Below are positions 26,587-36,103 of a DNA stretch of 46,019 nt, in pieces. The stretch comes from Propionibacteriales bacterium (GTDB taxonomy: Bacteria > Actinomycetota > Actinomycetes > Propionibacteriales > Nocardioidaceae). The DNA is taken from the NCBI GenBank assembly GCA_038233135.1, contig JBBSMN010000001.1:1-46019 (forward strand), given 5' to 3'. The notes beneath the pieces were generated by a model, which was not told the DNA's origin, searched no databases, and was given only the letters and a program-made list of their open reading frames with translations. The stretch's first letter is position 1. Each line of letters opens with the position of its first letter. The position numbers and the translations under genes are program-made.

Positions 26587-28138
26587 AGTATCGCCGAGCG
26601 ACCGACCACTGCGTCGGTCACCGTCGACCGAAGCGGCCGCCGCACCGCCAAGCGCGCCCTGCTGGCCCCCCTGTTGCGCGCGGCGGACTCCGACGAGATC
26701 CAGGTCGCGGTGGCGTACCTCGCCGGCGAGCTGCGGCAGCGCCGCACGGGCATCGGTTGGCGCTCGCTGGGCGACCCGCCTGCCCCGGCCGGCTCGCCGT
26801 CGCTGACCTTGCTGGAGGTCGATACCGCGTTGGCCGAGATCGCGGCGATGTCCGGCAGCGGCAGTCAGCGGGCGGGCCGGACGACGCTCGATTCGCTGCA
26901 GGGCCGGGCCACCGCCGCCGAGCAGGACCTGCTGCGTCGCCTGCTCGTCGGCGAGGTGCGACAGGGGGCGCTGGATGCGCTGGTGCTCGAGGCGCTGGCC
27001 GACGCGCTGGTCATCCCGGCAGCGACCGTGCGCCGGGCCGCGATGCTGCTTGGGTCGTCGGCGGCGGCCCGGGTTGCCGCCGATCGCGGTGTCGATGGGC
27101 TACGAGCAGCGACCCTGCAGGTGGGCCGCCCAGTACTGCCGATGCTCGCCGCGGCGGCCCCCGACGTCGCCACCGCGCTCGCCCGGCTGGCGTCGGGCGG
27201 CGGACCGGTGCTGGTGGACGCGAAGCTCGACGGCATCCGCATCCAGGCCCACAAGAGCGGCTCGGACGTGCTGGTGGTGACCAGGACGCTGGATGACATC
27301 ACCGACCGGCTGCCCGAGGTGGTCGAGCGGGTGCGCGCCCCTGCCAGCGGAACGGCTGGTGGTCGACGGTGAGGCGGTGGCGCTGCGACCCGACGGCCGT
27401 CCGCAGCCGTTCCAGGTCACCGCGGTCCGCGCCGCATCGCGCGGCGACGTCGCGACGCTGCGAGCGACCACACCGCTGTCGACGTATCTGTTTGACCTGC
27501 TGCACCTCGACGGACGTGACCTGCTGCCCGAGCCGTTGACCACCCGGGCAAGCCTGCTGGCGGCGGTGGCACCGGCCGACCTGCTCGTGCCGCGACTGCG
27601 CACCGCTGACCGGTCGGCGGCTGCGGGCTTCTTCGCCGACGCGATCCGCCAGGGCCATGAGGGGGTCGTGCTCAAGGCGCCGGATGCGCCGTACGAGGCC
27701 GGTCGCCGCGGCGCCGTCTGGGTCAAGGTCAAGCCCCGGCTCACGCTCGACCTGGTGGTGCTGGCCGCCGAGTGGGGGCATGGCCGGCGCACCGGGTGGC
27801 TGTCCAACCTGCATCTTGGCGCCCGGCGCGACGACGTGATCGCACCCACCGGGCCCGACGATTTCGTGATGCTCGGCAAGACGTTCAAGGGGTTGACCGA
27901 CCGGCTGTTGGGTTGGCAGACCGAGCAGCTGCTGGCCTGCGAGACCCATCGGTCAGGGCATGTCGTGCACGTCCGCCCCGAGCTGGTGGTGGAGGTTGCC
28001 GTCGACGGCGTCCAGACGTCGTTGCGCTACCCCGGTGGCGTCGCGCTGCGTTTCGCCCGGGTGCTGCGCTACCGCGACGACAAGCGCCCGGTCGAGACTG
28101 ACACGCTCGGAACGGTACGGGCGATGCTGGTGCCGTGA
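26587..28138 (+). pseudogene. ligB: ATP-dependent DNA ligase (mycobacterial LigB-like), interrupted by a +1 frameshift and lacking a canonical start codon
   Basis: It is split between track ORFs 26227..27372 and 27293..28138. Motif I 'KLDGIR' is in the first ORF. 'LVVDGEAV', 'FDLLH', 'EGVVLK', 'VWVKVK' and '[12 protein letters not shown]' are in the second. Removing one C from the CCCC run at 27338-27341 gives the continuous '...[25 protein letters not shown]...'. This parallels the M. tuberculosis LigB sequence as I recall it. At the expected N-terminus the in-frame codon is ATC (26590). The next in-frame candidate starts are TTG 26674 and GTG 26710. Confidence 0.75.
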
Positions 28139-28156
28139 GCAGCACCGGGACGCGCC

Positions 28157-28188
28157 GGTGCCCGCCGGGGTCTCCCCCGGCGGGCACC
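28157..28188. terminator. Bidirectional hairpin between convergent genes (ligase, secreted protein)
   Basis: Perfect 14-bp GC-rich stem ggtgcccgccgggg / ccccggcgggcacc with a 4-nt loop (tctc). It lies 19 nt after the ligase stop and 29 nt after the minus-strand gene stop. There is no clear U-tract, which is common in high-GC actinobacteria. Confidence 0.6.
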
Positions 28189-28216
28189 TGTGCGCTGTGC
28201 TCGTTGCTGCGGCGTG

Positions 28217-29506
28217 TCAGGCCCGCCTGATCTTGAGCTTGGCGTTGCCCAGCTGCACCACGGTGTCGTCGCTGGTGTTGGCGGGTGTGCCGTTGTTGAG
28301 CGTCACGACCACCGCCGTCACGTTCAGGCCGATGGGCGACTTGTTGACCACCTTAACCCGGTAGCTGCCGAGGCCGACAACGTCCTGCTGCTGTCCCGCC
28401 GCCGGCGTGGACTGCGGCTCACCGTTGACCAGGATGGTCCCGATGCCGGTGCGCTTCGCCGTACGCGTGACGTTGCCGTTGGGCTTGCGGACGACGCGGG
28501 CGCGGGCCTGGATGTTCCTGAACACCAGGGTCCCGTTGCCGATATTGACCCGGACGATCCGGCTCAGGGTGTACCCGTCGGCCGAGTCCTGGCCGTTCTG
28601 CTCGCCGTAGGCCGCGGAGAACTGCTCGCCGACGACGCCGAAGTCAGTGGTGACTCTGACCTGATCGGTCGTCAGCACCTGTCCGTTCGTGCCCGGGCAC
28701 GGCATCGGCTGCTTGGCCGACTTGCCGGTCTGCGCGATCGTCCCGGCGGTGCGGGACTTGGTGCCGTACGCCTGGCCGCCGAAGATGCCGCCCTCGACGT
28801 TGCCGTCGATGCGGGAGAACGCCCGTCCGACCTTCTCGATGGTGCCGCGCCGGCCGTCCTCCTGGTAGCGCAGCACGTTCACGCCGCCGAGGGCCGACCG
28901 CCGGTTGCTGCGCTTGACCTGGTAGTTGATCGTGAGGGTGCCGGTGCTGCCGTCGGTCGCGAGGACCCGGACCTCCTGCTCCGTGCCGTTGAGGGGCACG
29001 TCCACCGGGAGACCGTTGACCCTGAGCCTGCCGATGGTGGAGGCGGTCCGCGACACGAAGCCCTTGCGGTTGTGGGAGCTGACGACCTTCGCCTTGGCGT
29101 TGCTGAACCTGACCGCTCCGTCAGCCAGCTTGCCGTCGTCGATCCGGGCGGTCGAGATCACCGATACCTGCCGGTTCTTCTCCCGGGTGAAGTTGCGGGT
29201 GCGCACGGCGTTGAGCTGCACCCCGTCATTGTCACCGGCCGTAGCTTCGAAGTTGCGCCGGCTCCGCGGGACCACCCGGGTGCAGCCGAGGTACGACAGC
29301 GCGGTCGCGCCCGAGCTCGCAGCCGGGTTGTTCTTGGTCTTGGAGCCGTACGACTGGGCGTCGAAGCTGAAGTTGGTGACCCGCTTTTCCGACGCCGCCT
29401 GTGCGGGCAGCGCCGAGACGGCGACCAGGCTGGCGCCGACGAGGCCGGCGGTGGCGACCACTGCTCCGGTGCGACGGCATCGGGATCCTGCTGCCTGACC
29501 CAACAT
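28217..29506 (-). CDS. Secreted hypothetical protein with an internally duplicated beta-rich domain
   Basis: ATG at 29506, 6 nt after AGGGGG. Signal peptide 'AVVATAGLVGASLVAVSALPAQA|AS'. The two halves align by eye: 'AQSYGSKTK...RFSNAKAKVVSSHNRKGFVSRTASTIGRLRVNGLPV' against 'GQAYGTKSR...VFRNIQARARVVRKPNGNVTRTAKRTGIGTILVNGEPQ'. Confidence 0.7.
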   Translation of the reverse strand: MLGQAAGSRCRRTGAVVATAGLVGASLVAVSALPAQAASEKRVTNFSFDAQSYGSKTKNNPAASSGATALSYLGCTRVVPRSRRNFEATAGDNDGVQLNAVRTRNFTREKNRQVSVISTARIDDGKLADGAVRFSNAKAKVVSSHNRKGFVSRTASTIGRLRVNGLPVDVPLNGTEQEVRVLATDGSTGTLTINYQVKRSNRRSALGGVNVLRYQEDGRRGTIEKVGRAFSRIDGNVEGGIFGGQAYGTKSRTAGTIAQTGKSAKQPMPCPGTNGQVLTTDQVRVTTDFGVVGEQFSAAYGEQNGQDSADGYTLSRIVRVNIGNGTLVFRNIQARARVVRKPNGNVTRTAKRTGIGTILVNGEPQSTPAAGQQQDVVGLGSYRVKVVNKSPIGLNVTAVVVTLNNGTPANTSDDTVVQLGNAKLKIRRA

Positions 29507-29694
29507 TGACTGCCCCCTGTGATTGGCCCGCAGCGTGTTCTGCGGAACGAAAGCGCTATGTGACTGTAGGGAGTTACGCCAACACATTGAGTCGGTGCGG
29601 GTCGCAAATCGCCCGGTTGACCGGGCACGCCTCGCCCGAACGGGGCCCGTGCGCCGACGGACGGGTGATGCGACGCCAAGTCACCACCGCGGTC

Positions 29695-30981
29695 TCATCG
29701 CTCCAGAATCGCGGTGACCCCCTGCCCGCCCGCCCCGCAGATCGAGATCACGCCCCGGCCGGAGCCGCGCTCGTGCAGCAGCTTGGCCAGGGTCGCGACG
29801 ATCCGCCCGCCGGTCGCAGCGAACGGGTGCCCGGCGGCCAGCGACGACCCGGCGACGTACAGCCGCTCGCGGTCGACCGGCCCGCGCGGCGCGTCGAGCC
29901 CGAGCCGCTCCTTGCAGAAGATGGGGTCCTCCCACGCCTGCAGCGTGGTCAGCACCTGCGACGCGAACGCCTCGTGGATCTCGTACAGGTCGAAGTCCGG
30001 CAGCGATCGCCCGGCCCGCGCCAGCATCCGTGGCATCGCGTATGCGGGTGCCATCAGCAGCCCCTCGGCGCCGTGCACGTAGTCCACCGCCGCAGTCTGG
30101 TGCTCGGTCAGGTACGCCCACGGCTCCCAGCGACGACGTTCGGCCTCGTCGTCCGAGCACAGCAGCACCACCGACGCCCCGTCGGTCAGCGGGGTCGAGT
30201 TGCCCGCGGTCATCGTGGCCGACTCGCCCGTGCCGAAGACCGGTCGTAACCCCGCCAGCACCTCCATCGAGGTGTCCGCGCGCAGGTTGCCGTCGCGTTC
30301 CAACCCCAAATAGGGGCTGACGAGGTCATCGAAGAAGCCACGCTCGTACGCGGCAGCCAGCCGGTGATGCGAGGCCACCGCCAGCGCGTCCTGCTCGTCG
30401 CGGCCGATCTGCCACTCGACCGCGGTCAGCGCCGCGGACTCCCCCATCGACAGCCCCGTCCGCGGCTCGGTGTTGCCGGGGCCGGCGGGGATCAGGTGCC
30501 CCGGTCGCAGGCAGAGCAGAGCTTTGACCCTGGCCTGCGGGGTGCGGGCCCGACTCGCTGCCAGGAGCACTTGCCGCAGCGGCTCGCTGACCGTGATCGG
30601 CGCGTCCGACGTGGTGTCGGTGCCGCCGGCGATGCCGACCTCGATGTGGCCGAGGGCGATCTTGCCGGCCACCGACAAGACGGCCTGCAGCCCCGTGTCA
30701 CAGGCCTGCTGCAGGTCATAGGCGGGGGTGCTGGGCGCCAGCACGGAACCCAGCACCGACTCGCGGGTGAGGTTGAAGTCTCGGCTGTGCTTGAGCACCG
30801 CCCCGGCGACGACCTCGCCGACCCGCTCGTCGGCCAGCCCGTACCGCTGGGCCAGGCCGTCGATCGCGGTGGTCAGCATGTCGACGTTCGACGCACGGGC
30901 GTACTGCTTGTTGGAGCGCGCGAACGGGATCCGGTTGCCGCCGACGACGGCGACCCGGCGGACGGTCGGGGAAGGGGACAT
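29695..30981 (-). CDS. fadA2: Acetyl-CoA C-acyltransferase (thiolase), FadA2-like
   Basis: 'VAVVGGNRIPFARS' at the N-terminus and the C-terminal thiolase signature 'GVISICGAGGQGVTAILE'. It is divergent from fabG4-htdX, as at M. tuberculosis Rv0243/Rv0242c/Rv0241c. ATG 30981 is preferred over TTG 30987. Confidence 0.85.
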   Translation of the reverse strand: MSPSPTVRRVAVVGGNRIPFARSNKQYARASNVDMLTTAIDGLAQRYGLADERVGEVVAGAVLKHSRDFNLTRESVLGSVLAPSTPAYDLQQACDTGLQAVLSVAGKIALGHIEVGIAGGTDTTSDAPITVSEPLRQVLLAASRARTPQARVKALLCLRPGHLIPAGPGNTEPRTGLSMGESAALTAVEWQIGRDEQDALAVASHHRLAAAYERGFFDDLVSPYLGLERDGNLRADTSMEVLAGLRPVFGTGESATMTAGNSTPLTDGASVVLLCSDDEAERRRWEPWAYLTEHQTAAVDYVHGAEGLLMAPAYAMPRMLARAGRSLPDFDLYEIHEAFASQVLTTLQAWEDPIFCKERLGLDAPRGPVDRERLYVAGSSLAAGHPFAATGGRIVATLAKLLHERGSGRGVISICGAGGQGVTAILER

Positions 30982-31034
30982 GCCCAAGAAGTTACTCGTC
31001 AGTTAGGTTCGCTTCGAGACAGCCGCGCGGAGAG

Positions 31035-32402
31035 ATGGGACACACCGGCGTGAACGACCGCTACCAGTCCGTCATGGGCACCCCCGTCGGCCGCATCTTG
31101 GCCACCCGCCTGGGCCTGCCGGACCCGCCGCGGCTTGAGCGCTGGAGCGCGGACAGCCCGGTGGTGTCCGGCACCGTGGTGGTCGGCGGGGCCGACGCCG
31201 GGCCGCTCGTCGATCCCGTCGAACAGCAGCTCGCGGCGCTGGGTGTGACGCCCTGTGACGCGCCGAGTCTGGCGCCTGGCCAGCCGGTCAAGGCGGTGAT
31301 CTTCGACGCCAGCGCCATCGCCGACGCCGACGGCCTGTCGGCGCTGCCCGAGTTCCTCGGACCGCTGGTGCGGCGCCTCGAGCCGTGCGCACGCGTGCTC
31401 GTGCTCGGCGCCACGCCGGCTGCCGGTGCTTCGCCTGCCCGGGTCGTCGCGCAGCGGGCGCTGGAGGGGTTCACCCGCTCGCTGGCCAAGGAGATGCGCC
31501 GCGGCGCCACCGTGCAGCTGGTCTATGTGGCCGAGGCGGCGCACCAGCAGCTGACGTCCACGCTGGCGTTCCTGATTTCGCCTAGATCGGCGTATGTCTC
31601 GGGGCAGGTCGTCCGGGTCGGCAGCCACGGTGTCCCGGACAGCCCCGCCACCCACGACCCCCAGCAGCCGCTGCGCGGCCGGGTGGTGCTGGTCACCGGC
31701 GCCGCCCGCGGGATCGGCGAGTCGATGGCGAGGGTGCTGCACCGCGACGGTGCCACCGTCGTCTCGGTCGACGTGGCCGCACAGGCGTCGGCCCTGCAGA
31801 CGCTCAGTCAAGACATCGGCGGCGACTGGATCGCACTCGACGTCACCGCAACGGACGCCCCGCAGCGGATCGCCCGGCAGCTGCGCGACCAGCACGGCGG
31901 GGTGGACGTCGTCACACACAATGCAGGCATCACCAGGGACAAACGGCTCGCGGGCATGCGCTCCGACCTGTGGAACCCAGTCATCGACATCAATCTCGGC
32001 GCTCCGTTGCGGATCACCGAGCACCTGCTGGGCGCCGGCGTGCTGCGACCGGGTGGTGCCGTGGTGGGAGTGTCATCGATTGCGGGCATCGCCGGCAACG
32101 ACGGTCAGACCAACTACGCCACCTCCAAGGCGGGCATCATCGGGCTGGTCGACGCCCTGGCCGGGCCGGCCGCCCGCCAGCAGGTAACCGTGAACGCGGT
32201 CGCACCCGGCTTCATCGAGACCCAGATGACCGCGGCGGTTCCACTGCTGTTGCGCGAGGCTGGGCGGAGGATGAACTCCCTCACCCAAGGTGGCCTGCCG
32301 GTCGATGTTGCCGAGGCGGTCGGTTGGCTCGCCGCCCCCGCCTCCGCCGCGGTGAGCGGCAACGTGATCCGCGTCTGCGGGCAGAGCCTGCTGGGGGCTT
32401 GA
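31035..32402 (+). CDS. fabG4: Two-domain 3-oxoacyl-[ACP]/CoA reductase, FabG4-like SDR
   Basis: 455 aa. It is collinear with my recollection of Mtb FabG4: 'QRALEGFTRSLAKEMRRGATVQLVYV', 'VTGAARGIG', 'NNAGITRDK'-type motif ('THNAGITRDKRLAGM'), 'GQTNYATSKAG', 'NAVAPGFIETQMTAA' and the ending 'GNVIRVCGQSLLGA'. Confidence 0.9.
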   Translation: MGHTGVNDRYQSVMGTPVGRILATRLGLPDPPRLERWSADSPVVSGTVVVGGADAGPLVDPVEQQLAALGVTPCDAPSLAPGQPVKAVIFDASAIADADGLSALPEFLGPLVRRLEPCARVLVLGATPAAGASPARVVAQRALEGFTRSLAKEMRRGATVQLVYVAEAAHQQLTSTLAFLISPRSAYVSGQVVRVGSHGVPDSPATHDPQQPLRGRVVLVTGAARGIGESMARVLHRDGATVVSVDVAAQASALQTLSQDIGGDWIALDVTATDAPQRIARQLRDQHGGVDVVTHNAGITRDKRLAGMRSDLWNPVIDINLGAPLRITEHLLGAGVLRPGGAVVGVSSIAGIAGNDGQTNYATSKAGIIGLVDALAGPAARQQVTVNAVAPGFIETQMTAAVPLLLREAGRRMNSLTQGGLPVDVAEAVGWLAAPASAAVSGNVIRVCGQSLLGA

Positions 32403-32409
32403 GTCGCCG

Positions 32410-33282
32410 ATGGACGTCATCACCTACACCGCAGCACCCTCGATCGCCCGGCTGTACGTCCGGGCGGTCGGCGGGTCGCTGCCCCGGCTGCGCGGCTCCG
32501 GTCGGCCAGCAGACCGGCTGCCCGACCTGCAGGTCCGTCGCCTCGGCGTGCGCACCGACCTCGACCAGCTCGCAACGTACGTTCGGATCACCGACGGGCT
32601 GCTGGCTGATCGACTGCCCGCGCTCTTTCCGCACCTGGCGGCGTTCGGGCCGCAGTTGGCGCTGCTGACCGATAGGCGGTTCGGGTTCGCAGCGATGGGC
32701 CTGGTGCATGTGCAGCACCGCCTCACCCAGCATCGCCCATTGCTGGTCGGCGAGACTTACGACCTGGCGGTGTCGCCTGCCGGTCTGCGCACCCATCGCC
32801 GCGGCCAGCTCATCGACATCCAGACCGACGCCACCGTGCACGGCGAGACGGTCTGGCAGGAGACGATGACGCTGCTCGCCCGAGGTATCGCCGGCGGCGA
32901 CGTCGTGGACGGCTCACCGCTTGACGGGGTGGATGCGCCAGCGGGCACAGTGCGGTGGTCGGTGCCCGCGCACATCGGGCGCGCATACGCGGCAGTGTCC
33001 GGGGACCGCAACCCGATCCACCTGAGCCGGCTGACGGCCAGGGCGTTCGGCTTCCCCCGCGCCATCGCGCATGGGATGTGGACGGCGGCCCGCGCGCTGT
33101 CGGTAGTCGGTGCCCGACTGCCGGCAGCGTTCCACTGTGAGATGGCTTTTCGGCGTCCTGTACTGCTGCCGGCGCGGGTGCTGTTCGGGCAGGAAAACTC
33201 TGCCCAGGGCGATCATCTGCTCGGCGTAGTATCCGGCGACGCAAGCCGCCAGCACCTGGTGGCCAGGGTGCGTCGCATCTGA
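32410..33282 (+). CDS. htdX: MaoC-like (3R)-hydroxyacyl dehydratase, HtdX-like
   Basis: Hot-dog motif 'SGDRNPIHLSRLTARAFGFPRAIAHGM'. 290 aa. It lies immediately downstream of fabG4, as in mycobacteria. Confidence 0.8.
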   Translation: MDVITYTAAPSIARLYVRAVGGSLPRLRGSGRPADRLPDLQVRRLGVRTDLDQLATYVRITDGLLADRLPALFPHLAAFGPQLALLTDRRFGFAAMGLVHVQHRLTQHRPLLVGETYDLAVSPAGLRTHRRGQLIDIQTDATVHGETVWQETMTLLARGIAGGDVVDGSPLDGVDAPAGTVRWSVPAHIGRAYAAVSGDRNPIHLSRLTARAFGFPRAIAHGMWTAARALSVVGARLPAAFHCEMAFRRPVLLPARVLFGQENSAQGDHLLGVVSGDASRQHLVARVRRI

Positions 33283-33309
33283 GGTGACGTCAGCCGCCGC
33301 CGTCGCGGA

Positions 33310-34179
33310 TCAGCCCCCTCGAGACTGCCGGATCAGTCCCTCTTGGGCGACCGATGCGACCAGCCTGCCATCGGCGCCGAAGATGCGTGCCTGGGCGAAC
33401 CCCCGGGCCCCAGTGGCCACCGGGGAGACCTGGTCGTACAGCAGCCAGTCGGCGGCTCGCACCGGTTGGTGAAACCACGCCGCATGGTCCAGCGAGGCCG
33501 CCTGCACGCGAGGGGAGCCGATCAGCACCCCGTGCGGTATCAGCGCCGAGCCCAGCAACGTCAGGTCGCTCGCATAGGTGAGCAGGCATGTGTTGAGGGC
33601 CGGATCGTCGGGCACCGAGCCGTTGACCCGGAACCACATCCGCTGCCTGGCCGGGCTGCCATCGGCTGCGATGGTGCCACCCGCGCGACTGTCGCCGACG
33701 TGACGCACGTCGAGCACTGACCACTCCTGCCGCCACGAGTCGGCGGCGCGTGCGCTGATGCCCTCGAGCAGCACGGCAAGGTCCGGGCAGTCGTCCGGCG
33801 CTGGCACGATCGGCATGTCGTCCTGGTGGTCGAAACCCTGCTCGTGGCGCTGGAACGATGACGTCAGATAGAAGATGACCTTGCCGTGCTGGCGCGCCGA
33901 GACTCGGCGGGTGCTGAACGACGAGCCGTCACGGATGCGCTCGACGTCATAGATGATTGGCACGGCGGTGTCCCCGCCGCGCAGGAAGTAGGCGTGCAGC
34001 GAGTGCACGCTGCGCTCGCTGTCGACGCTGCGACATGCCGCCATCAGCGCCTGTGCGGCCACCTGCCCCCCGAAGACGCGCTGCAGGGTCGACTGTGGCG
34101 GCTGCGCCCCGCGATACAGATCAACCTCGAGGGTCTCGAGGTTGAGTATCCGCACGAGCTCGGCAACGGAGGTGGGCAC
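33310..34179 (-). CDS. tesB: Acyl-CoA thioesterase II
   Basis: GTG start at 34179. 'LNLETLEVDLYRG', 'RVFGGQVAAQAL' and 'VHSLHAYFLRGGD' are typical of the double hot-dog TesB family. 289 aa. Confidence 0.85.
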   Translation of the reverse strand: MPTSVAELVRILNLETLEVDLYRGAQPPQSTLQRVFGGQVAAQALMAACRSVDSERSVHSLHAYFLRGGDTAVPIIYDVERIRDGSSFSTRRVSARQHGKVIFYLTSSFQRHEQGFDHQDDMPIVPAPDDCPDLAVLLEGISARAADSWRQEWSVLDVRHVGDSRAGGTIAADGSPARQRMWFRVNGSVPDDPALNTCLLTYASDLTLLGSALIPHGVLIGSPRVQAASLDHAAWFHQPVRAADWLLYDQVSPVATGARGFAQARIFGADGRLVASVAQEGLIRQSRGG

Positions 34180-34234
34180 TCACGTCATGCTGCCAGCAGG
34201 ACGTTCCAGCGTCGCCGCCGGTCGGGCTGCGAAC

Positions 34235-34276
34235 GCGCGATGGCCGCACCCCTGGGCAGGGATGCGGCCATCGCGC
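34235..34276 (-). terminator. Hairpin downstream of the PRC/DUF2382 gene
   Basis: Perfect 14-bp stem gcgcgatggccgca / tgcggccatcgcgc with a 14-nt loop. It lies 36 nt past the stop at 34312. Confidence 0.5.
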
Positions 34277-34311
34277 CGTACTGCTGTGCCGTGTTGCTGT
34301 TGAGCTTGAGC

Positions 34312-35118
34312 TCAGCGCGCGGTGCCGCGCTCGTCGAGGTCACCGTCGGCCTCGATGTGCTCCTTGCGCACCTCTTCGTTGACGGTCTGCTCCTCGACCG
34401 TCTCCTCCTTGCCGATGCGCACCCGCTCGACCGGCTTGGCCTCCTTCTGCACGACGACCTGCTCCTCGCTGAGGGTGACCTCGTGCTCCTCCTCGGAGAT
34501 GGCGGGTCCGTCGCCGGCGTTGCCGACGTTGCCGTCGGTGATCGGCTCGGTCTCCAGGACAGCCTTCTCCTTCTTGACCGGCACGGTCTCGGTGACGTTC
34601 TCGGTGGTCACGTACTTGCGCAGCCGCGCCCGACCGGTCTCCTTCTCGGATTTCCCGACATTGACCTGCTCCTCCGACCGGGTCATCGCGTCGTCGGTGC
34701 TGGGACCGGAGGTGTCGTAGCCAGTGGTGGTGTCGGTGCCCGATGACCGGTCGGTGCCGGTCGTCGTGGTCGTCCTGGCGGTGTCGTTGTCGTAGGAGTA
34801 GTCACCGAAACCGATGCCGTAGTGCTCGTACAGCCGGCGCTCCTCCGACTCGGGCAGGTGGTCACCGTCGAGGTCGACCTTCGGGGCGTCCTTCACCTTC
34901 TCCTGCGAGTGCGCGACGTTCAGCCGGTCGTTGTCGAACGAGGCACCCTGCAGCGGGACGAACGTCTCGCTGGTGCCGAACATTCCGGTGTTCACCGTGG
35001 CCCAGTCCGGCTCGCCGGAGGCGTCGTCCAGGTAGACCTGCCCCACCTTCCCGATCTTGTCGCCGTCGCTGCCGTAGGCGGTGCTGCCGACCATCTGCTG
35101 GACATTGCCCAGATCCAT
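34312..35118 (-). CDS. PRC-barrel plus DUF2382 (YsnF/AvaK-type) stress-response protein
   Basis: The N-terminal PRC-barrel region is 'GSDGDKIGKVGQVYLDDASGEPDWATVNTGMFGTSETFVPL'. A Thr/Asp-rich linker follows. The C-terminal DUF2382 repeats are 'EEQVNVGKSEKETGRARLRKYV' and 'SEEQVVVQKEAKPVERVRIGKE'. AGGAG lies 4-5 nt before the ATG. Confidence 0.8.
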   Translation of the reverse strand: MDLGNVQQMVGSTAYGSDGDKIGKVGQVYLDDASGEPDWATVNTGMFGTSETFVPLQGASFDNDRLNVAHSQEKVKDAPKVDLDGDHLPESEERRLYEHYGIGFGDYSYDNDTARTTTTTGTDRSSGTDTTTGYDTSGPSTDDAMTRSEEQVNVGKSEKETGRARLRKYVTTENVTETVPVKKEKAVLETEPITDGNVGNAGDGPAISEEEHEVTLSEEQVVVQKEAKPVERVRIGKEETVEEQTVNEEVRKEHIEADGDLDERGTAR

Positions 35119-35182
35119 GTGAAGCTCCTTCGTCGTGTACGAGATGCGCCTCCCCGGTCGGGAGGCCGGTCCTGATCCCTCG

Positions 35183-35207
35183 ATACCCGCAGCCCGGATC
35201 GCTAAAC
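35183..35207 (-). promoter_or_regulatory. SigF/SigB-type promoter for the PRC/DUF2382 gene
   Basis: The minus strand reads GGTTTA(GTTT)-N15-GGGTAT. The -35 is the complement of 35204-35207 and the -10 is the complement of 35183-35188. It sits about 65 nt upstream of the ATG at 35118. Confidence 0.6.
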
Positions 35208-35245
35208 CCCGAATCGCGGAGAAGTTTACGTCGTAAGTCGAACCG

Positions 35246-35271
35246 GTTTACGTGTCGCTGCCGCGGGGTAC
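35246..35271 (+). promoter_or_regulatory. SigF/SigB-type promoter for the divergent membrane-protein gene
   Basis: GTTT (35246-35249), 16-nt spacer, GGGTAC (35266-35271). It sits about 48 nt upstream of the ATG at 35319. Confidence 0.55.
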
Positions 35272-35318
35272 CGGTCCGATGCGACACCATCGACCGACAC
35301 CACAGTGAGGGGAACCCC

Positions 35319-36065
35319 ATGGGCAGCAAGTCCGCAGGTCAAACGTCCAGCTCGGACGGCGACAACAACGTTCGAACCACCCAAGAGACCACCAGCGTGC
35401 GCCACGAAGAGTCCGGCGACGCTACCCCGTCGTCGTCCCGCTCTTCGGCGCCCTCGTCGTCGGCAGGCCACGAGCCGTCCTCGACTCCGGGCAGCGTGAG
35501 CGCCCAGGGCAGCCGCGGATCGTACGAGGAGGACCTGGAGGCTCGCCGCCGGGACGAGTACGGCGGCACCAACATCGGCGCCGCGTTCTTCGGCTGGCTC
35601 GTCGCCATCGGCATGACGCTGATCTTGGCCGGGATCGTCGGGGCGATCGCTGCCGCGGTCGGCACGAACCTCAATGTGGGGCTGTCTGAGGCCGAAGGCA
35701 ACGCAGCAAGCATCGGCATCGGCGCCGGCATCGCGCTGCTGCTGGTGCTGATGCTCGCCTACTTTGCCGGCGGCTACGTCGCCGGCCGGATGTCGCGCTT
35801 CGACGGTGGCCGGCAAGGCGTCGCCGTGTGGCTCATCGGTCTGGTGATCACGCTGCTGGTCGTTGGCGTGGGGGTCCTGTTCGGCGACCAGTACAACATC
35901 TTCAAGCGCGTGAACCTGCCGTCGCTGCCGATCCCCACCGAGTCGGCGACCATCGGCGGTCTGATCGCGTTGGCGGCGATCCTGCTCGGCACGTTGCTGG
36001 CGGCCTTCCTGGGCGGCAAGATCGGTCAGCGCTACCACCGCAAGATCGATCGCGTCGGCACCTGA
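35319..36065 (+). CDS. Integral membrane protein with a Ser/Thr-rich disordered N-terminus (hypothetical stress protein)
   Basis: ATG at 35319, 7 nt after GAGGGG. There are about 80 low-complexity residues and then 4 clear hydrophobic segments. The upstream 192 codons of track ORF 34743..36065 are antisense to the PRC gene and are rejected. Confidence 0.7.
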   Translation: MGSKSAGQTSSSDGDNNVRTTQETTSVRHEESGDATPSSSRSSAPSSSAGHEPSSTPGSVSAQGSRGSYEEDLEARRRDEYGGTNIGAAFFGWLVAIGMTLILAGIVGAIAAAVGTNLNVGLSEAEGNAASIGIGAGIALLLVLMLAYFAGGYVAGRMSRFDGGRQGVAVWLIGLVITLLVVGVGVLFGDQYNIFKRVNLPSLPIPTESATIGGLIALAAILLGTLLAAFLGGKIGQRYHRKIDRVGT

Positions 36066-36103
36066 GCAGCCAGCGCCCACGCCCCCGAGTTCGGCTGCGC
36101 GAA

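Noticed and set aside
28190-29509. 439-aa plus-strand ORF. Similar long shadow ORFs are 10982..12112, 14799..16142, 17411..18889, 21290..22597 and 35226..36227.
   Set aside because: Each is antisense to a gene with clear family motifs. All have low-complexity Arg/Gly/Asp/Pro-rich translations. Stop-codon scarcity in GC-rich DNA explains their existence.
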